From Phoronis australis (taxonomy: Eukaryota > Animalia > Phoronida): DNA of 64,000 bases. How positions within the stretch are numbered: the stretch's first letter is position 1; every line of letters starts with the position of its first letter. The stretch is from contig NMRA01000330.1 of the NCBI GenBank assembly GCA_002633005.1, forward strand, positions 310,001 to 374,000. The letters run 5' to 3'. Below, one piece after another: positions 1 through 13,942 of the stretch. A program made the position numbers and the translations under genes. Below the pieces are notes generated by a model, which ran no database searches, had not been told where the DNA came from, and worked only from the letters and a program-made list of their open reading frames with translations.

Positions 1-414
1 TGTTTGGTGTTGGTGAAGTGAAGGTGTTAAATGTGTTTTTCTCAAATGCTAAAAATCAACTTAATAATATTGTGTGGATTAGAATAGTCATAAAACTAGC
101 ACAACTGCAGAGAAATCCTCATGAAAACATCATCAATACAGTCAATCAGATTATTAAACATTAAGTTTCAAGTGCTATTTTTATGTTCAGGTGTTTAAGT
201 GGCGTGAAATACCACTTTGTGGTGTGCTTTTACCGGTGAATAACGACATTTTGTTGCATAACATCCTTTTGACAGTACTTTTAATTAGAGTACACTAACA
301 GACATTCGTGTGAAACATTTGCTGTTATAGTACAGGTGACTTTCACCCATTGCAGCAAAGCCTCCATACATTAACGGTGCTTCCTTGTTCGTCAGCTTCA
401 TCCTGCTTAAAGCA

Positions 415-1800
415 TGCAGTGTTTACTGTTTTCCTGGACTTTAGCAAAGCATTCGACATTATCAATCACGTGATGTACTCAGTATCATTGGTGATGCTCC
501 CCAGTGATTTCACAGACATAACTGACAGGACCGTGACACGTGTTCTTAGTGGCAAAATGTCTGCCACCTCCGCACTTCAGTGGAGCCAGTTTATTCTTTA
601 TTTTTTCTGGGTTTAAATTAATAGATGAGTTTTTTCTGTAACAATTTCCAGGTGGTACTTTCTCACTTACCGTCTGTACAGTTGACATGCGTCTCCAGGT
701 CACCATGTCTCTTGGTCTGTATTCTTTATTGATGAGGAGACAATTACTCATGACGCACAATTACTACCTTATCACTGAAATAGCACCTATTCAACGTAGA
801 AGCTTGTAACATCTTTTTTTCTGACCAGCCTCTTTCCAGGGTTGATTTGCTTTGGATGTTGACCACCACCTCAACCCTGTGCATTTCTTCCGTGTATAGG
901 CCGCTTGTTAGGGCTGGTTTGATAAGAAACATTTTGCATACAATTCTTTAGCATTGCGAGAGCACAAAGTATCATTCGTTTGACCCAATTTTCTTATTCC
1001 AGTGGGAAAGATGGGCCGTGTTGATGAGCGGAATGCGATCTCTTTTATTCTAGACCATATTGCAATGTTGGACATTTTTGTGTGAATCATTAGAATATTC
1101 AATCACACAATAGTGGGAATTTGATGGCATGATTGTCACAGAGAATTTTTTGAAAAGGCTGGAAAATATCCCACTGCATTAAATCTCTTCACGAATGCAG
1201 AGCAGTGTCCACCAACTATCCTAGTGCCATCTCGTGACCAGGGGTGTTTCATCATGTCTTGTCTTATAAGAATATGGTTATGGCACGGGTGTCTGGATCC
1301 GAATGCTTGTAAGTCTGTTGTTTTGGATGTTCGTTTGCAGTTCTAGGATTCAAGGTTCAAGTATCTGTGAACATTTCTGACCCCCCTTGCTGTCCGGGAT
1401 GCAGGTCCAACTGCTTGTGTTCAAGTACACAGTGTTTGTCTGCCCTTTCTGCTTCCTAAGGGATCAAGTTGTTGTGTCATTATTTCCAAGCCCTGCGCTC
1501 GTTTTTTCCATTGCTACGCTTGACTTTCAACATACCACTAATTCCTTATAGATGGCGCTTGCAGAGATGTGCTGACAATCTAAAGTATTTCCCATGGTCC
1601 CACTGTTTCAGTGATCTAGCGCTAAATGTTATAGGCTTTCACTTCAAGGTGTCTCTATTCTGTTTGTCATTGATTACTTTGTAGCGGCTTGGTTTTGCAG
1701 TGGGTTTCTAAATGTCTTTGTTGTTCACAAAATCACACCTGTAATGTCTCATAGTTTTTGTTACTATCTGTATCATGTTCATTACACAGGTCATGTCTTT
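415..1800. mobile_element. Highly decayed non-LTR retrotransposon fragments
   Basis: A + strand RT motif VFLDFSKAFDIINH at ~420-470; a - strand IWSRIKE..IFPTGIRKLGQTNDTLCSR (~960-1060) resembling the L1/Tx1 C-terminal zinc-knuckle region; many stops. Confidence 0.4.
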
Positions 1801-2242
1801 CACACACCTGGTGAACGAGATGCCTTTTGTAAACTCTTCTACTGATGAGGCTAAAATCACCTGAACTACAATTATACAGTCAAAACAGTTCCAACATCAA
1901 GAGGCACTTTGTACAAAATAGGCGATTTTTTATTGATTGAGCAAAAATCGTTTTATCTATTAAAACAGAGAAAATCTTACTGATTATAGGTTAAAAAACA
2001 TTTGGAATGGACAAATCAGTTGCCAAATCATTCAATGAATTCCATTCAGTCAACATTAGAATTGTTAGATATTAGAAATGGTTACTTTCTGTGTCATTTG
2101 CAATGACATTAAAATAGGTGAAGAAAAGATTGTAATGACTTGTAGTTAATCTTTTATCAATGATTTTCAGTGACCCATTACAGAATTTCTGATATAGGAA
2201 GCCTTGTGTCTGTTAACTATACCCATGGTTATTTGTTTGTAG

Positions 2243-5200
2243 GACTCATTCATCATTGACAACGGAGAACAAGGTATCTGGGTATGGAACGGAAAGAAAG
2301 CGTCGAAGCAGGAGAGAAAGGAAGCCATGAGTAACGCGACAGTAAGTGGCATATGGAGTGGCCTAGAAGAAAATGATTTGTGTTTTGCTTGATAAGGTGT
2401 GTCAGTGAGTGATCATTGCTTAGTCAAATGTCAAAATGAAAATTTCCTATCTTTTCACACAGTGTTGAAGAAATTATTTTTTAATATCCATTTTTATGGC
2501 TGAAATGTATCGATAAAAAACTGTTTGGTTAACAGAAAGAAAATTTGGTAGTCTCATTCATGAATTCTTCTCATCTATTCAAGATATATCAATGTCCAAG
2601 AACATCACAATTTTTTCAAAACTGCTCGAGACTACATATTTCTGGGCCTTACTTTTATTCACATGGTCCATTTCTGTGATAAAAGATTTTAAAAAATGCA
2701 CGGCTTCATTGATGTAATAATTCAGTTTTTAAAAGTAGTATAATTTAATAATTAAAGAAAATGAATAAGTATTGATTGTTTGTGTTGATGTTAAGTAGTT
2801 AAAGTTTCTTGTTTATATAAACATTAGTGTTATTGTTTTGTGTGTTTATATAAACATTAGTATTATTGTTTTTTTTGTGTTTCCAGGGTTTCTTGAAGAA
2901 GAAGGGTTACAACACGCGCACACAGGTGACTAAAGTGAGTGATGGAGGCGAGCCGCCAGAGTTCACCATGCTCTTCAGGTCGTGGCCTCAGCCAGAGTAC
3001 AGTAACAAGGTGTACAGTCAGAACAGGATAGGTGAGTAGCATGCACTATTTACATACTAGTGCGGAATGTGTAGCTTTAAATGTACATAGCCAGAGCTCA
3101 CTAATGAGGCATATAACCAGAGCAGGATAGGTAATCATCAGGCATAATTTATATACTGGTTTGGAACATGTAGCTTTAAATGTATCTACTAGTAGCCAAA
3201 TTTCATCAGCAAGGCGTGCAATGTAGGTGAGCACTATACAGAGGTTGACACCCTGAGCCTGCCTGCTATTTCCAAGTTCTGAGTTGCTGAGACAACCAAG
3301 TTGTCTGAGGAAGGAGACTGGCATAGGAGGGGTTGGTAGGAATATGCTGCCAAATCTGGTGGATGTGCCTTGTGATGTGTTTTTCCCAATATCCTTGGAG
3401 GAGTTTCACCTGATTTGTCATGGCACCCTTACTGGTCTCAGATTGTGCCTTTGTCAAATGTCAAGGCTTGGCAAGACCTGACAGTTTATTATTGTGTGAG
3501 ATGTGATGGTGTATCACATAATGGCTTGTCACAGTGTATCACATTATGGCTTGTCAAGTTGTATCACATTATGGCTCGTGATGGTGTATCACATTATGTG
3601 CTGAGCATAGTCTCAAGGAATAATGAACTGTCATTTTTTTACAAACCCAGAAATTGGTTCNGCTGGTCATGGTGTATCACATTATGGCTTGTCATGGTGT
3701 ATCACTTTATGGCTTGTCACATTGTATCACATTGTGGCTTGTCACGGTGTCTCACATTATGGCTTGTGATGGTGTATCACATTATGTGCTGAGCATAGTC
3801 TCAAGGAATAACGAACTGTCAGTTTTTTACAAACCCAGAAATTGGTTCTCATCTGAATAAGGATCAAGCTGAGACCGATTTTATAGCGGCACCTAGTAGT
3901 CTAAAGTTAGCTTCTTGGACAGAATGATGGTTTGTAACCTCTACTAGATGGTGTAAACGTTATCACGTGTATGTAATTTAATGTTAGGGATGTTGGTGAT
4001 AAAAATATCAAGAGAAGTGGATGTTGTTGTTTGAATGAATAGGCTCAGTGTGACTGTTGTGGTGTTTGAATGAATAGACTCAGTGTGTCTGTTGTGGTGT
4101 TTGAAAGCTTGATTTCTGTCTTCAGTAGTGTGTTGAAGTTTCTGAACTACATTTTCAATTTCAGCCAAAACTGTGCAAACCAAGTTCGACGCATCCACTA
4201 TGCACGAGAACCGCGCAATGGCTGCAGAGACGGGGATGGTCGACGACGGCTCTGGCAAAGTGGAAGTAGGTGCTCAATTATTAAATTCTTTCTGCTTTCA
4301 GAACCAACAAAATAATTTACAAAGCGCAAGACGTACTTTGTATTTAGAGCTTGCTATTCAAGATGAGGGGTCGTCTGTAAATTTCAACCCTTCCAAAAGC
4401 TTGCAGAACGTGTTGGGTGCTTTAGATTTTTTTAGAATTGTTCGTGGAAATTGTTAGAAGTGGATCCACTCGGGGAAGTATATACAATTATTACGGTACA
4501 TTTTATACGTTTTTGGCGATATTGGAAAATCCTTAACTATTGTGTAACTTGATGGTGTTTGTGCATGTCAGTGTGTTTGAGGTTGAAGGTGAAACCTGTA
4601 GTTGAATGTGCAACATAAATAGTGGATCACTGCTGTAGTGGATCACTGCTGCAGTGGATCACTGCTGCAGTGGATCACTGCTGCAGTGGATCACTGCTGC
4701 AGTGGATCACTAATATTAGTATATCACTACTGTCGAGTCATGTCAGATTTCATGTATTTCTAGATCTGGCACGTGCATGATGAGGAGTTCGACCCACTGC
4801 CAGTCAACCAAAAGGGTATCTTCTATAGCGGAGACTGTTATGTCATCAAGTATACCTACCAGCAAAACAACAGGGATCGCTACATCATCTACTATTGGCT
4901 GGCAAGTTGAACCAACAGGACTAGACTTAGTAGTAGTTTGACTGCAGAGTTGGACCAATTAAATACGACTAGACATGGTTTTGCTCAAACATTTAACCTA
5001 TGAAATCACCTGTGACTGGCGAGTTAAAGCAATTAGGTTGATCTATTTAGTAGTGCCATAGGTGATTGGTTCTCTGGAAATGAACTATTTATTGGTTAAC
5101 CAATCATGTGAGACTATGGGTGTCATCAGTACTGCAAAGTAGCTTCTTCCTTGTACCCCATTATTTTTTACTGAAACTGTTTAGTTGTTGTATGATAGAT

Positions 5201-8200
5201 ACATGAAAATAATTAGAAATCGCACTAATAACTAAACTGTTGTTCATATTCGAAGTGGTAAAAATGCCATAGTTATTTATTCATTCTGTTTGCGTTTTAC
5301 CCAGTAATTCTTCCCTTTAATGGTCGTGATTTGTTCCCTTCAGGGCCGCAATGCTCGAGACCTGGAGAAGGGCTCGGCTGCGCTGCACACTGTGAAGCTG
5401 GATGATGAAGTGGGAGGAGCTGCAGTGCAGGTATTCTTGAAAACTTGAACATTTCTGTGAACCATTACAAGTGTTGTGCTTTTGGACCAGGTTGCATGCT
5501 TGACCACAGGATGAGTTGGATTGCTGTATGACGTCAAATGCATAGTTTAGCTATGGTAGCACAAGGGGAGATAGCATGATGTTGTTAACATCTACCCAGT
5601 AAATGGAAGCTTGAGTTGGAGATGTTGTAGCCATTGTTTGATGATGTGCCCATTGTTTGATGACATCATACTCACTGTTTGCTGATGTCATCACCACAGT
5701 TTCTGGCTTGTTGTTTATAGTTATGGGGTGCACTTGGAGGTTTTGAATTAAAGTTGTTGGTATCAATGTTGGGTATTTCGAATATTTTGAAAATTGTTAG
5801 TCTTGATTTGGTCAACTCGATACTTTCACTTTACGACGACGTTCTAGCGTTAATTGTTTTTGTTTTCCACCAGGTGCGTGTGGTTCAGGACAAAGAGCCG
5901 CCTCACTTCATGGCCATCTTCGAGGGCCGCATGCTCATCTATGATGGGGACCATGGCAAGCCATCCTCCCAGGACCTGCACCTGTTGCGTGTACGAGGCA
6001 CCAACGCAAANGTACATATTCCATTTTGTAGCAGCTACGAAGGAAACGGGCTGTGGAAAAAGCAGAGGTTGTTTTGGGAAACAGGAATGATTGTTTTAGC
6101 ATTTATTTTGAAATCAAAATCTGCTCTTGGTAACCTTGGGTTAAGTTGTGGGTGATTATTACAGGTTGAAAATGTGCACTGTACAGTGTGTGAAAAGTTG
6201 TTTGGAAAGTAGAAAGCTGCAATGCAAATGGATTGAGTTTTCCTGTTTTCTGGCGTGATGATAACCTCAGGTCTTGATTTTGATTTTACGTTTTTGCTTA
6301 GTTTGGTAGTCTTGGCATTCCGTGCCTGGTAAGATATAACAACTGTCTTTACGCACTATTGCAGGATGAGACTTTAACACGTCCAGCCAGACTGTTCCAG
6401 GCTTCTAATGCCAGTGGACGTTTTATCGTGGAGGAAGTGCCTGACTTCAATCAGGTTTGTGTGGATTGATAAATATAATGTAATACACCTTTATTGTTGC
6501 TCTTTTAGCCTTGGGTGCAATTTTTTGTTTTATTCGCTAAACACTCTTTGGTTTAGTATAGGGGTAGGCTATTGACAAAATCGAGACGACTATGAAATAA
6601 GTTTAAAAACTCTCGCTGATGTTCAAGTATTACATCACTCGGTATATTATTAAGTGTTTCTTGTGTTATGTTTCCTTTGATATTTCACTTTTTGCTATTC
6701 TAGACATGTTCATTTGCTTTACTGAATTTTTTTGTAATTCTCAATTGTTAGAATGTCAATTCTTCAGTTACTCATTAGTAAAAATTAAAACTATCTATGG
6801 TTGACTTCCCTGTTGGTTGTCACTCTGACAATACCAACTTGTCCAACACCTGGCCAGGGCTCTTGTCTTTGGGCTTGAAATCCAACTTGGAAGTTATTTT
6901 GGACATTTCCATAATGCAAAATCAAGATATCTGTCTTTTTGTACTTAAGTTTATGTGTGTGTGCATGCGTGTGTGTGCATGTGCGTATAGTCTAGACTTG
7001 CATTTGATGATCTTTAGATTTGGGGCTACAAACTCATAGTAAAAAGTTGATGTTTCGACTTAAGCTTAGATGTTTTGGTCGGCCAGTGAAAACTAGGATT
7101 AGGCAGTTGTCCAGATAAACCATAGTATGTTCAAGCCAAGAATAATAGACACTTCACACTAGAGTGGAATGTAAAATGTCAAAAATAAATTAGAGATCGC
7201 TTGTAATTGCAAAGGTTACATCACGGGCCCTGGCATTATAAGAATATAAATCAGATCGTGTTTCTGTGGTTCGTTTTCAGGAGGATCTCAATCCAGACGA
7301 TGTCATGATCCTTGATGTCGGCCACGCTGTCTTCATTTGGATCGGGCAGGGAGCCAATCAGATAGAGCAAACAGAGTCTGTGAAAACAGCTTTGGTGAGT
7401 TGACAGTAACGCCACCTAGCTGGTAATAGCTAAAGTGTACATTGTACAACCACATGCTATGTCCATGAAGAGTGTGGACCATCACCGTGATTGTTTTCCA
7501 TCATGGTTTATCTTGCAGTCGTGTTTGATCTCATTCAAATTGTGACATAATGTGCTCTATCAGGCATTATCTAAATTTTTACCATAAAATTTATTTTTAC
7601 CATAAAATTTATTTTTACCATAAAATTTATTTTTACTTTGTGACCAGCACTTCAGCTTTGAAAACGGCTTTGTGCAAGTTATGACTTAAGTCACTTGCTT
7701 GCTTTTTGCAATATGGCTGACGTTCAAGCACATTAATGCAATTCTGTTTGGACTGTTAAGTGGAAAATCAGTTTTTGTCCATGGGATTGTGAGAAAAATC
7801 AATTGAACTAAAATATCAAAAATCATAAAACTTAGTTCTGTATGTTATGAATAGAATAGTTGTCACATGTTTATCTTTTCTTTATAAAGTGAAATGCAGC
7901 TCTTTATTCCATGACTGCTAGTTTTAGTAGTACGGATGCACTTGTGGTGATGGTGTAGCTTTAAATGCAACCAGTCTCACCCGTGACTCGATTGCCTGTC
8001 TACTGTCTGCCTGCAGGAGTACGTAGCCACAGACCCTAGCGGCCGCGACCCTGACACACCCATTATGAAGGTGAAGCAAGACCAGGAGCCACCGACGTTC
8101 ACTGGATTCTTCCCCGAGTGGAACTATGACTTGTGGAAGGTATTGAGATGGCTATTTTGCTTTTTATGCTTATTTTTGGGGAGGATTGCCAAGGTCACCT

Positions 8201-10392
8201 CATATTTTCATAGTACCCGAAGGTTGGTCCCATTTGAAGATTCCTCAACAAAAATCTGCAAACCTGGCATTGGATGGCACGGGAACAGCAAGGGGAAATT
8301 CAGTGTTTTTAGTTGTGTTTGTATTCACACAGTGAACGCTGACACTGATGCGCAGGTGATGGTGGATCACATGATGCGTAGTCTTACCTGTGAACAGAAC
8401 AATGATCTCACCGTGAGATTGTGTGACACAACAGTTGGGTGATGTGCTATTTGCAAGGTTAAATTTTTATAAACACGGCATAAAAACGCCCGATTGTGTT
8501 TGATAACTTCACTAATTAACAATTTTTAGTTTTGATGTTCGGGGCTTACGGGTTCTTTGACAAGTGAAATGAAGTAGAAAACATAAAATAAGGATAAAGT
8601 AAGTAGGTTGAAGTTAATATAAAGAGTCATGTAATAGCAGCGAAGCCTCTTTGTATAAATGGATGTTTTTACTCTAAAATTTGTAACCTTTCAAAATACC
8701 CAAAACGCTAAAAGTTCTCATGCTGTTCGAAGACAAGTTTTCTGATTTGTAAGGCTTCTATAACTAGTCAACTTGTTTCTAAGTAAGGATGAAGCTGAAA
8801 TCACTTTAAGAGTGGTAAGTGGATGTCTGAACAGATTTAGACTTCATAAGGCATTTGGTCCTGATAGAGTGCTGTTAATCAGAAATCTCGTCCAAAACAT
8901 TCTAACCTATCTATATGATCTACACAACATAGTATGAATTCAAACAGTTTCTGACAGGTTACCCAGACACTTGTAGTGTACTTACATTTCAATGAAGCTG
9001 TGTGGTCATTTGCAGAAAGGGAGATCCTACGAGGATTACTGCCGCGAATTGAAGGAGGGAAACAAAGGCGTGACTGTAGTTGTTCAACAGGTAATTTTTC
9101 CCTATGCTTTGGTGACTACTTTGTTTCATTGTTACTGCCAACATTATAATTTAAAATAGTTAGTTCTGCAGTCTTTGTTACAACAAGCATCTGATCTTTA
9201 CTCTTTAGATGCCTGGATATGACCCAAGAAGTGACAAGACATTAGCAGAAGCTTAGTTTCTAGTCCAGGATATTGAAACAAGTCATTTCTCACGGGTTTA
9301 TCTTTAAGTGAATGTGTGGGGGCAGTTAAATGTTAACGTTCAATTAAAGTTCACCAACCTGTAGACCGGTTTGAATTGAGAGTTCAAACGTATGGTAAAG
9401 AGTGACCAGCATGCTGGTTTACAAAGTTGACGAGTCAGAAAATTATTATATTATGCTTCTTCTTTAATTAGTAACCTTTGTCTCTGAGAGGCTGTGTGGA
9501 TTAATTGAAAGGGTTGGGATTGTCATGCTTCACTGGTACTGTCGGCCAGGCAAGAGGGATAGAATAGCACGCTCGCTTGGACAAGGGACCATCACTTGTT
9601 AGGTTCAAGTCCGGCATTTGCTAGCATATTGCGGGCCATGTACTAATGGTCCCTTGCCTCCCCAGTCTTCGTGCTCAGTTATAACTTGAGAGTCCCAGTC
9701 TTACTTGTGATGTGCGTTTGCCATTAATCTGCCTTGTTGTATCATTCCAGGAGGACCAGAATGGCTCGACCGACTTTCAGGCAATGCAGAAGTACAGCCT
9801 AGCTGAGCTGACCGTTAGCACTGACCAGTTGCCCGAGGGTGTGTCTGCGGACAGCAGAGAGGTGAGGTTTAGTGCTTTACTGGTATTGATGGAGTTGTTT
9901 TAAACATCTTTCTCTATAATTTTCGGAACACAGAAAAAGGAAATTTTATGGTGTTTGAAATAGAACAAAATTTTATTTTTTCCAGTTTAAACACATAACT
10001 GACTGTGTCTGTGTTTCATCACTTATTGTTGGGCCTAGCTTGGTAGCCACTTTGTTCTCTCTTCTGATGATGGTGTTTGAATAAACGACACCGAAACATG
10101 TCAAACCGTTTTAAATCCGTTGTTGTTTTTATAAATTTAAACACATTGCTAAACATTAATTGATGGTATCATAAACCAGGAAGGTAGTTGAAATAACTCT
10201 GTTAAAGAGGAGGGACATGTCTTTCTAACTTGTTCAGTGTCTAGCATTGTTTTTAAACTGGCCCAATACATTTTTCAGTTGTTCCTGTCTGAGGAGGATT
10301 TCATGAAGGTCTTTTCTTGTAACTACGAGGAATTTTCCAAGAAACCACAATGGAAGCAGATTGACATGAAGAAGAAAGCAGGACTCTTTTAG
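2243..10392 (+). CDS. VIL1: Villin/advillin-family actin-binding protein, 3' part (gelsolin repeats 3-6 plus villin headpiece); 5' exons lie upstream of the window
   Basis: Exons read in phase: 2243-2341 ([29 protein letters not shown]), 2887-3031, 4165-4265, 4764-4901 ([20 protein letters not shown]; GC donor), 5344-5430, 5874-6010 (cut by N at 6011), 6365-6454 ([22 protein letters not shown]), 7281-7394 ([17 protein letters not shown]), 8017-8139, 9016-9090, 9751-9861, 10279-10392 ([27 protein letters not shown], the headpiece signature). Orthology among villin/advillin/VILL cannot be resolved by eye. Confidence 0.93.
3500..3790. repeat. 24-bp minisatellite
   Basis: Unit ~GTGTATCACATTATGGCTTGTCAT; partly duplicated across the N at 3661. 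Confidence 0.85.
3785..3890 (+). repeat. Short dispersed repeat (MITE end), also at ~11995-12055, ~37540-37625 and ~57495-57590
   Basis: Shared core TTCTCATCTGAATAAGGA(A/T)CAAG(C/T)TGAGACC(A/G)ATTTT. Confidence 0.6.
4622..4712. repeat. 16-bp minisatellite
   Basis: (GTGGATCACTGCTGCA)n, about 5.5 copies. Confidence 0.9.
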
Positions 10393-12512
10393 ACTTTATT
10401 TTTACGCAAATATTCGGTTTATTTCTACAGCTAAGTATACAATTAGAACAGATTATGTTTATTCTTATTCCATCATGTGGACAATCGTACATTTTCCAGC
10501 AAGCTTGGGCGATCAAGATGGGAATGTATCTTTCTTTTTACTGATTCCAAGACATCTCTGGCTACGGAACAGAACACTGAGTGTTTTTTCTGAGACCAGA
10601 AAGTTCAAAGAAAACAATTCACCAAGTTTCCTTGTCACCAACACTGATTTATGTTCTAAATTTTGTGATCAACACGCAGTGTATTTTGTAACAATCAGTA
10701 GATTCCAGAATGATTGCCTTTCACTATATTAATTAAAAATTGTGAAACCTGTGTCTTGGCTTTTGCATTCGAAATTTTACTAACTTTGTCTTTGAGAGCA
10801 GTTTCTTTTTTGTCACCCAAGCTTGCTGTAAATATTTCATTACCACCTAGCATTCAAGCAATCCTATAGTCATGTAGCTATTTCAATTTCTTTAGTTTTT
10901 CCATGTGCAAAAATCATTCCTATGTTTGACTATGTGATAACGCAGTGTACCTCGCAATCAAGAGACACCAACTGGTCGAATAAGTGTTTGCATTTACCTA
11001 GAGAAATGATGTCTCAGTAGCCATAGTGTTCATAAAGTTGCAATATGCTTGTTTGTAACTGTGTTCAGTCCCCGCCAGATTTTGTGAGGTTTTTGATAAT
11101 TTTTTTTATGTTCGAGTCATTCCCTCTTGAGACGTACATCTGTAGATGCTTATTTGTGTGTTGGTCTGCTAGTGCAGTGGTAGTGTTAGGGTGACCGCCT
11201 CATTGCATTTTTTGTCAATTTTCTTGGAACATTCCACAACAGGATGGTTGTGACTTTATGTTATTGGATTTGAAGTGTCAGAACATTCCTTAGCAGAAGT
11301 CAGGGTCTGTGTGGCTCTTTATGTGATGGAGACTTTGTCGCTAATTTCTCCCATGTGGTTGATTTGTGTGGAGATGTAATTATATTATTTGCTTAAGATG
11401 TGCTGTATATTATAGAATTATTGGTACTAAAAGTTGTTTTCTTGTATAAAAATGGCTCATTCAAAGAAAACCATTAAAACCAACAAGGATGTGGTGACCG
11501 GTGGTAACGAGATAATCATGTTAAAGATGGTGGACCAGAGTTTTATGGGTAAAATGGAGAATATTCAAATTAAATCAAATTTTTGTACGTTACACATCCT
11601 AACGAACTGTGATCTTTGATGCGCATACAAATAATTCTCAAAGTCCTTGTACTGTCTAACAATAATCAGAGAAACATTTAATGTCTTTGAAAATAACAAC
11701 TGCTGACCTCAACTTGAACTCCGACCTCTGGACACGTGGGAATACTTGTTTATTCATCATCTTTCAATAACAGTACAGCTTGTGGTGTAGCTGGCTGTGT
11801 TGGGACAATATTTGTTTAATCATGAATACGAGATGGACTTTTATTGACTTCAATGAAGAAAAGAAGCGTAGAAAACGGGAAAGACACAACCAAGGCGATG
11901 ATTGAAAGTTGGAATGCTCTGCGGGAGAAATTTGACGTGGCAACGAAATAATAACAAATTTATATTTAACGGATAAATTTGACGGGTAAAACTAAAAGAA
12001 TTGTTTACTGATATTTCATCTGAGCACAGAACAAGTCGAGACCAATTTTGAAGCATTAAGTGGTTTCATTCAATCACCGTAAGTTCTCGTAGTTGTACGA
12101 TGTCACTTCTGTCTAATATTGCTTGTGGAGCTCACATTTACATTCTTTGGTTCTTTTCAACAAAAATTGCTTCATGTATTCAGGAAAATGTTTCGGAAGA
12201 CTCATTGAGACAGGCCAAAACACTAGACAATACAAGTTTTATTGTCTCTAATTAAGTAAATACTGTTGCTTGAAAATAAATCTGTAATTGCACACATTCC
12301 ATAATTTCACCAATTCTAAACTCGTGTAACAGTGCACTAGTCGAGCGTTTATTAGGTAAGGTCAATAAATCTGTAACAGATGTCTTTCATTAAATTACTG
12401 GCCATTATTTACACCAAAGCACCCCACTTGAGCCACATTTCCTGGTCCAGACTTCACTACCATGTGCCGTCATTCAATTGTGCAGCGAGGGCGCCATCTT
12501 GCAATACTTGGT

Positions 12513-12540
12513 TCACACGACCAGATCATCAAACACATCC
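12513..12540 (-). CDS. USP37: Second (haplotype-duplicate) copy of the USP37 terminal coding exon (DVFDDLVV*)
   Basis: Identical to 14164-14191; lies in the block 12292-13750 that is repeated at 13943-15450 across an N at 13751. Confidence 0.7.
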
Positions 12541-13751
12541 CTGAAAAATGAGGCGCCATCTATTGACAAGATGTTACACATGCGAGTTACACCTGGAATG
12601 TGTGTAACGAGACTAAGCAGAACACCGACCTCAATCTTAGTTTTCTAAAAACAAAGTGACTGACTAAAATGCACAGAGACTATCACCTGTAGAAATTTCA
12701 TGCTTGCTAGTTGCTGGGCATTCTGCTTGATATCACATTGGTTGCATTTAAGTCTATTGTAATGCCTGGCAATGCCACGAGACATGGTTCTGGCTCTCAC
12801 ACAGCTCTACAGAAGTCGTATGTCACAAAACCTTAGGCAAAAGTTGGATCCAGTTGGAAACCGTTATTTTTTCGGAGAGTAATGCAAAATCCAACATATC
12901 CTTATGGTTGAGTGCATGAACTGATACAACTGGAGCACGGGACTTTGTGCTGGTGCCTCTAATGATCTCCCTTGAGACTTGTACAAGTTTTATTGAACAG
13001 TTATTATTTATTAAAAGTTTCAGTCAGTTGTGCACAAGTTAGGGCTGTATTTAGTATACGCATGACACTCGCAAGAAAAGTTGGGCAGCGTGATCACGCA
13101 CTTAGCTGATAATGTATGATAGCGATGTCTGGCGAAAGCTTACCTGATCATGAGTTTTCGTGATTTTCCTTCGTTTATGAAAACAAACATTTCAGGCATG
13201 GAGATGGTAGCTAGTCCACACAGTGGATTCGAATTTTGCAATTGTAAATCATGAGTGTCCTTCACACATTAGGCCTTTTGAAATTGACATGGAACGTCAC
13301 TGAATGCAGTCATTCAACTGTCCCAGTTGTCCTTGCTGAGACGATAACTGTTTTATTACGGCAGTGGATTCTGAATAGTGGAGCCCAGAATGGAATCATC
13401 GCTTAAGCTTTGTCAAAATTCCATCTGTGATACAGTTGTATCAGTTCATACACTCGACCTTTCAGATAAAGTACTTGGATTTTGCTTCACCTTCATAAAA
13501 ATAAAGCAGGTCAACTGGATTCAATTGTTGTCACGTAATCTATGTATACCACGTGTCGCGCAATCTATGTGTACCCCGTGTCACGTAATCTATATATACC
13601 ACGTGTCACCCAATCTATATATACCATGTGTCACCCAATCTATATATACCACGTGTCACACCATCTATATATACCACGTGTCACACAATCTATATATATC
13701 ACGTGTCACACAATCTATGTATACCACGTGTCACACAATCTATGTATACCN

Positions 13752-13942
13752 GGGAGTGGATGGACGAGATAAAAAGACGCAGACGTATGGTACTGATGGT
13801 GGTAACGTTTTTTTTTTTTTTTTTAGTCCTCCCGATTTTTGTCGGCGAAAGGTTCACATGTAGTATTTCAAGGCTGGGTAGCGTGCATGTTTTGGGCCGT
13901 AAAAGTTTCCGCGTTTTTTGTCATTGGTCATTCCAAGCCCTG
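13752..13942. mobile_element. End of a second copy of the same hAT-like family, downstream of the USP37 stop in one haplotype
   Basis: Its reverse complement begins CAGGGCTTGGAATGACCAATGACAAAAAACGCGGAAAC, matching 16944 onward. The other end is lost at the N at 13751. Confidence 0.75.
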
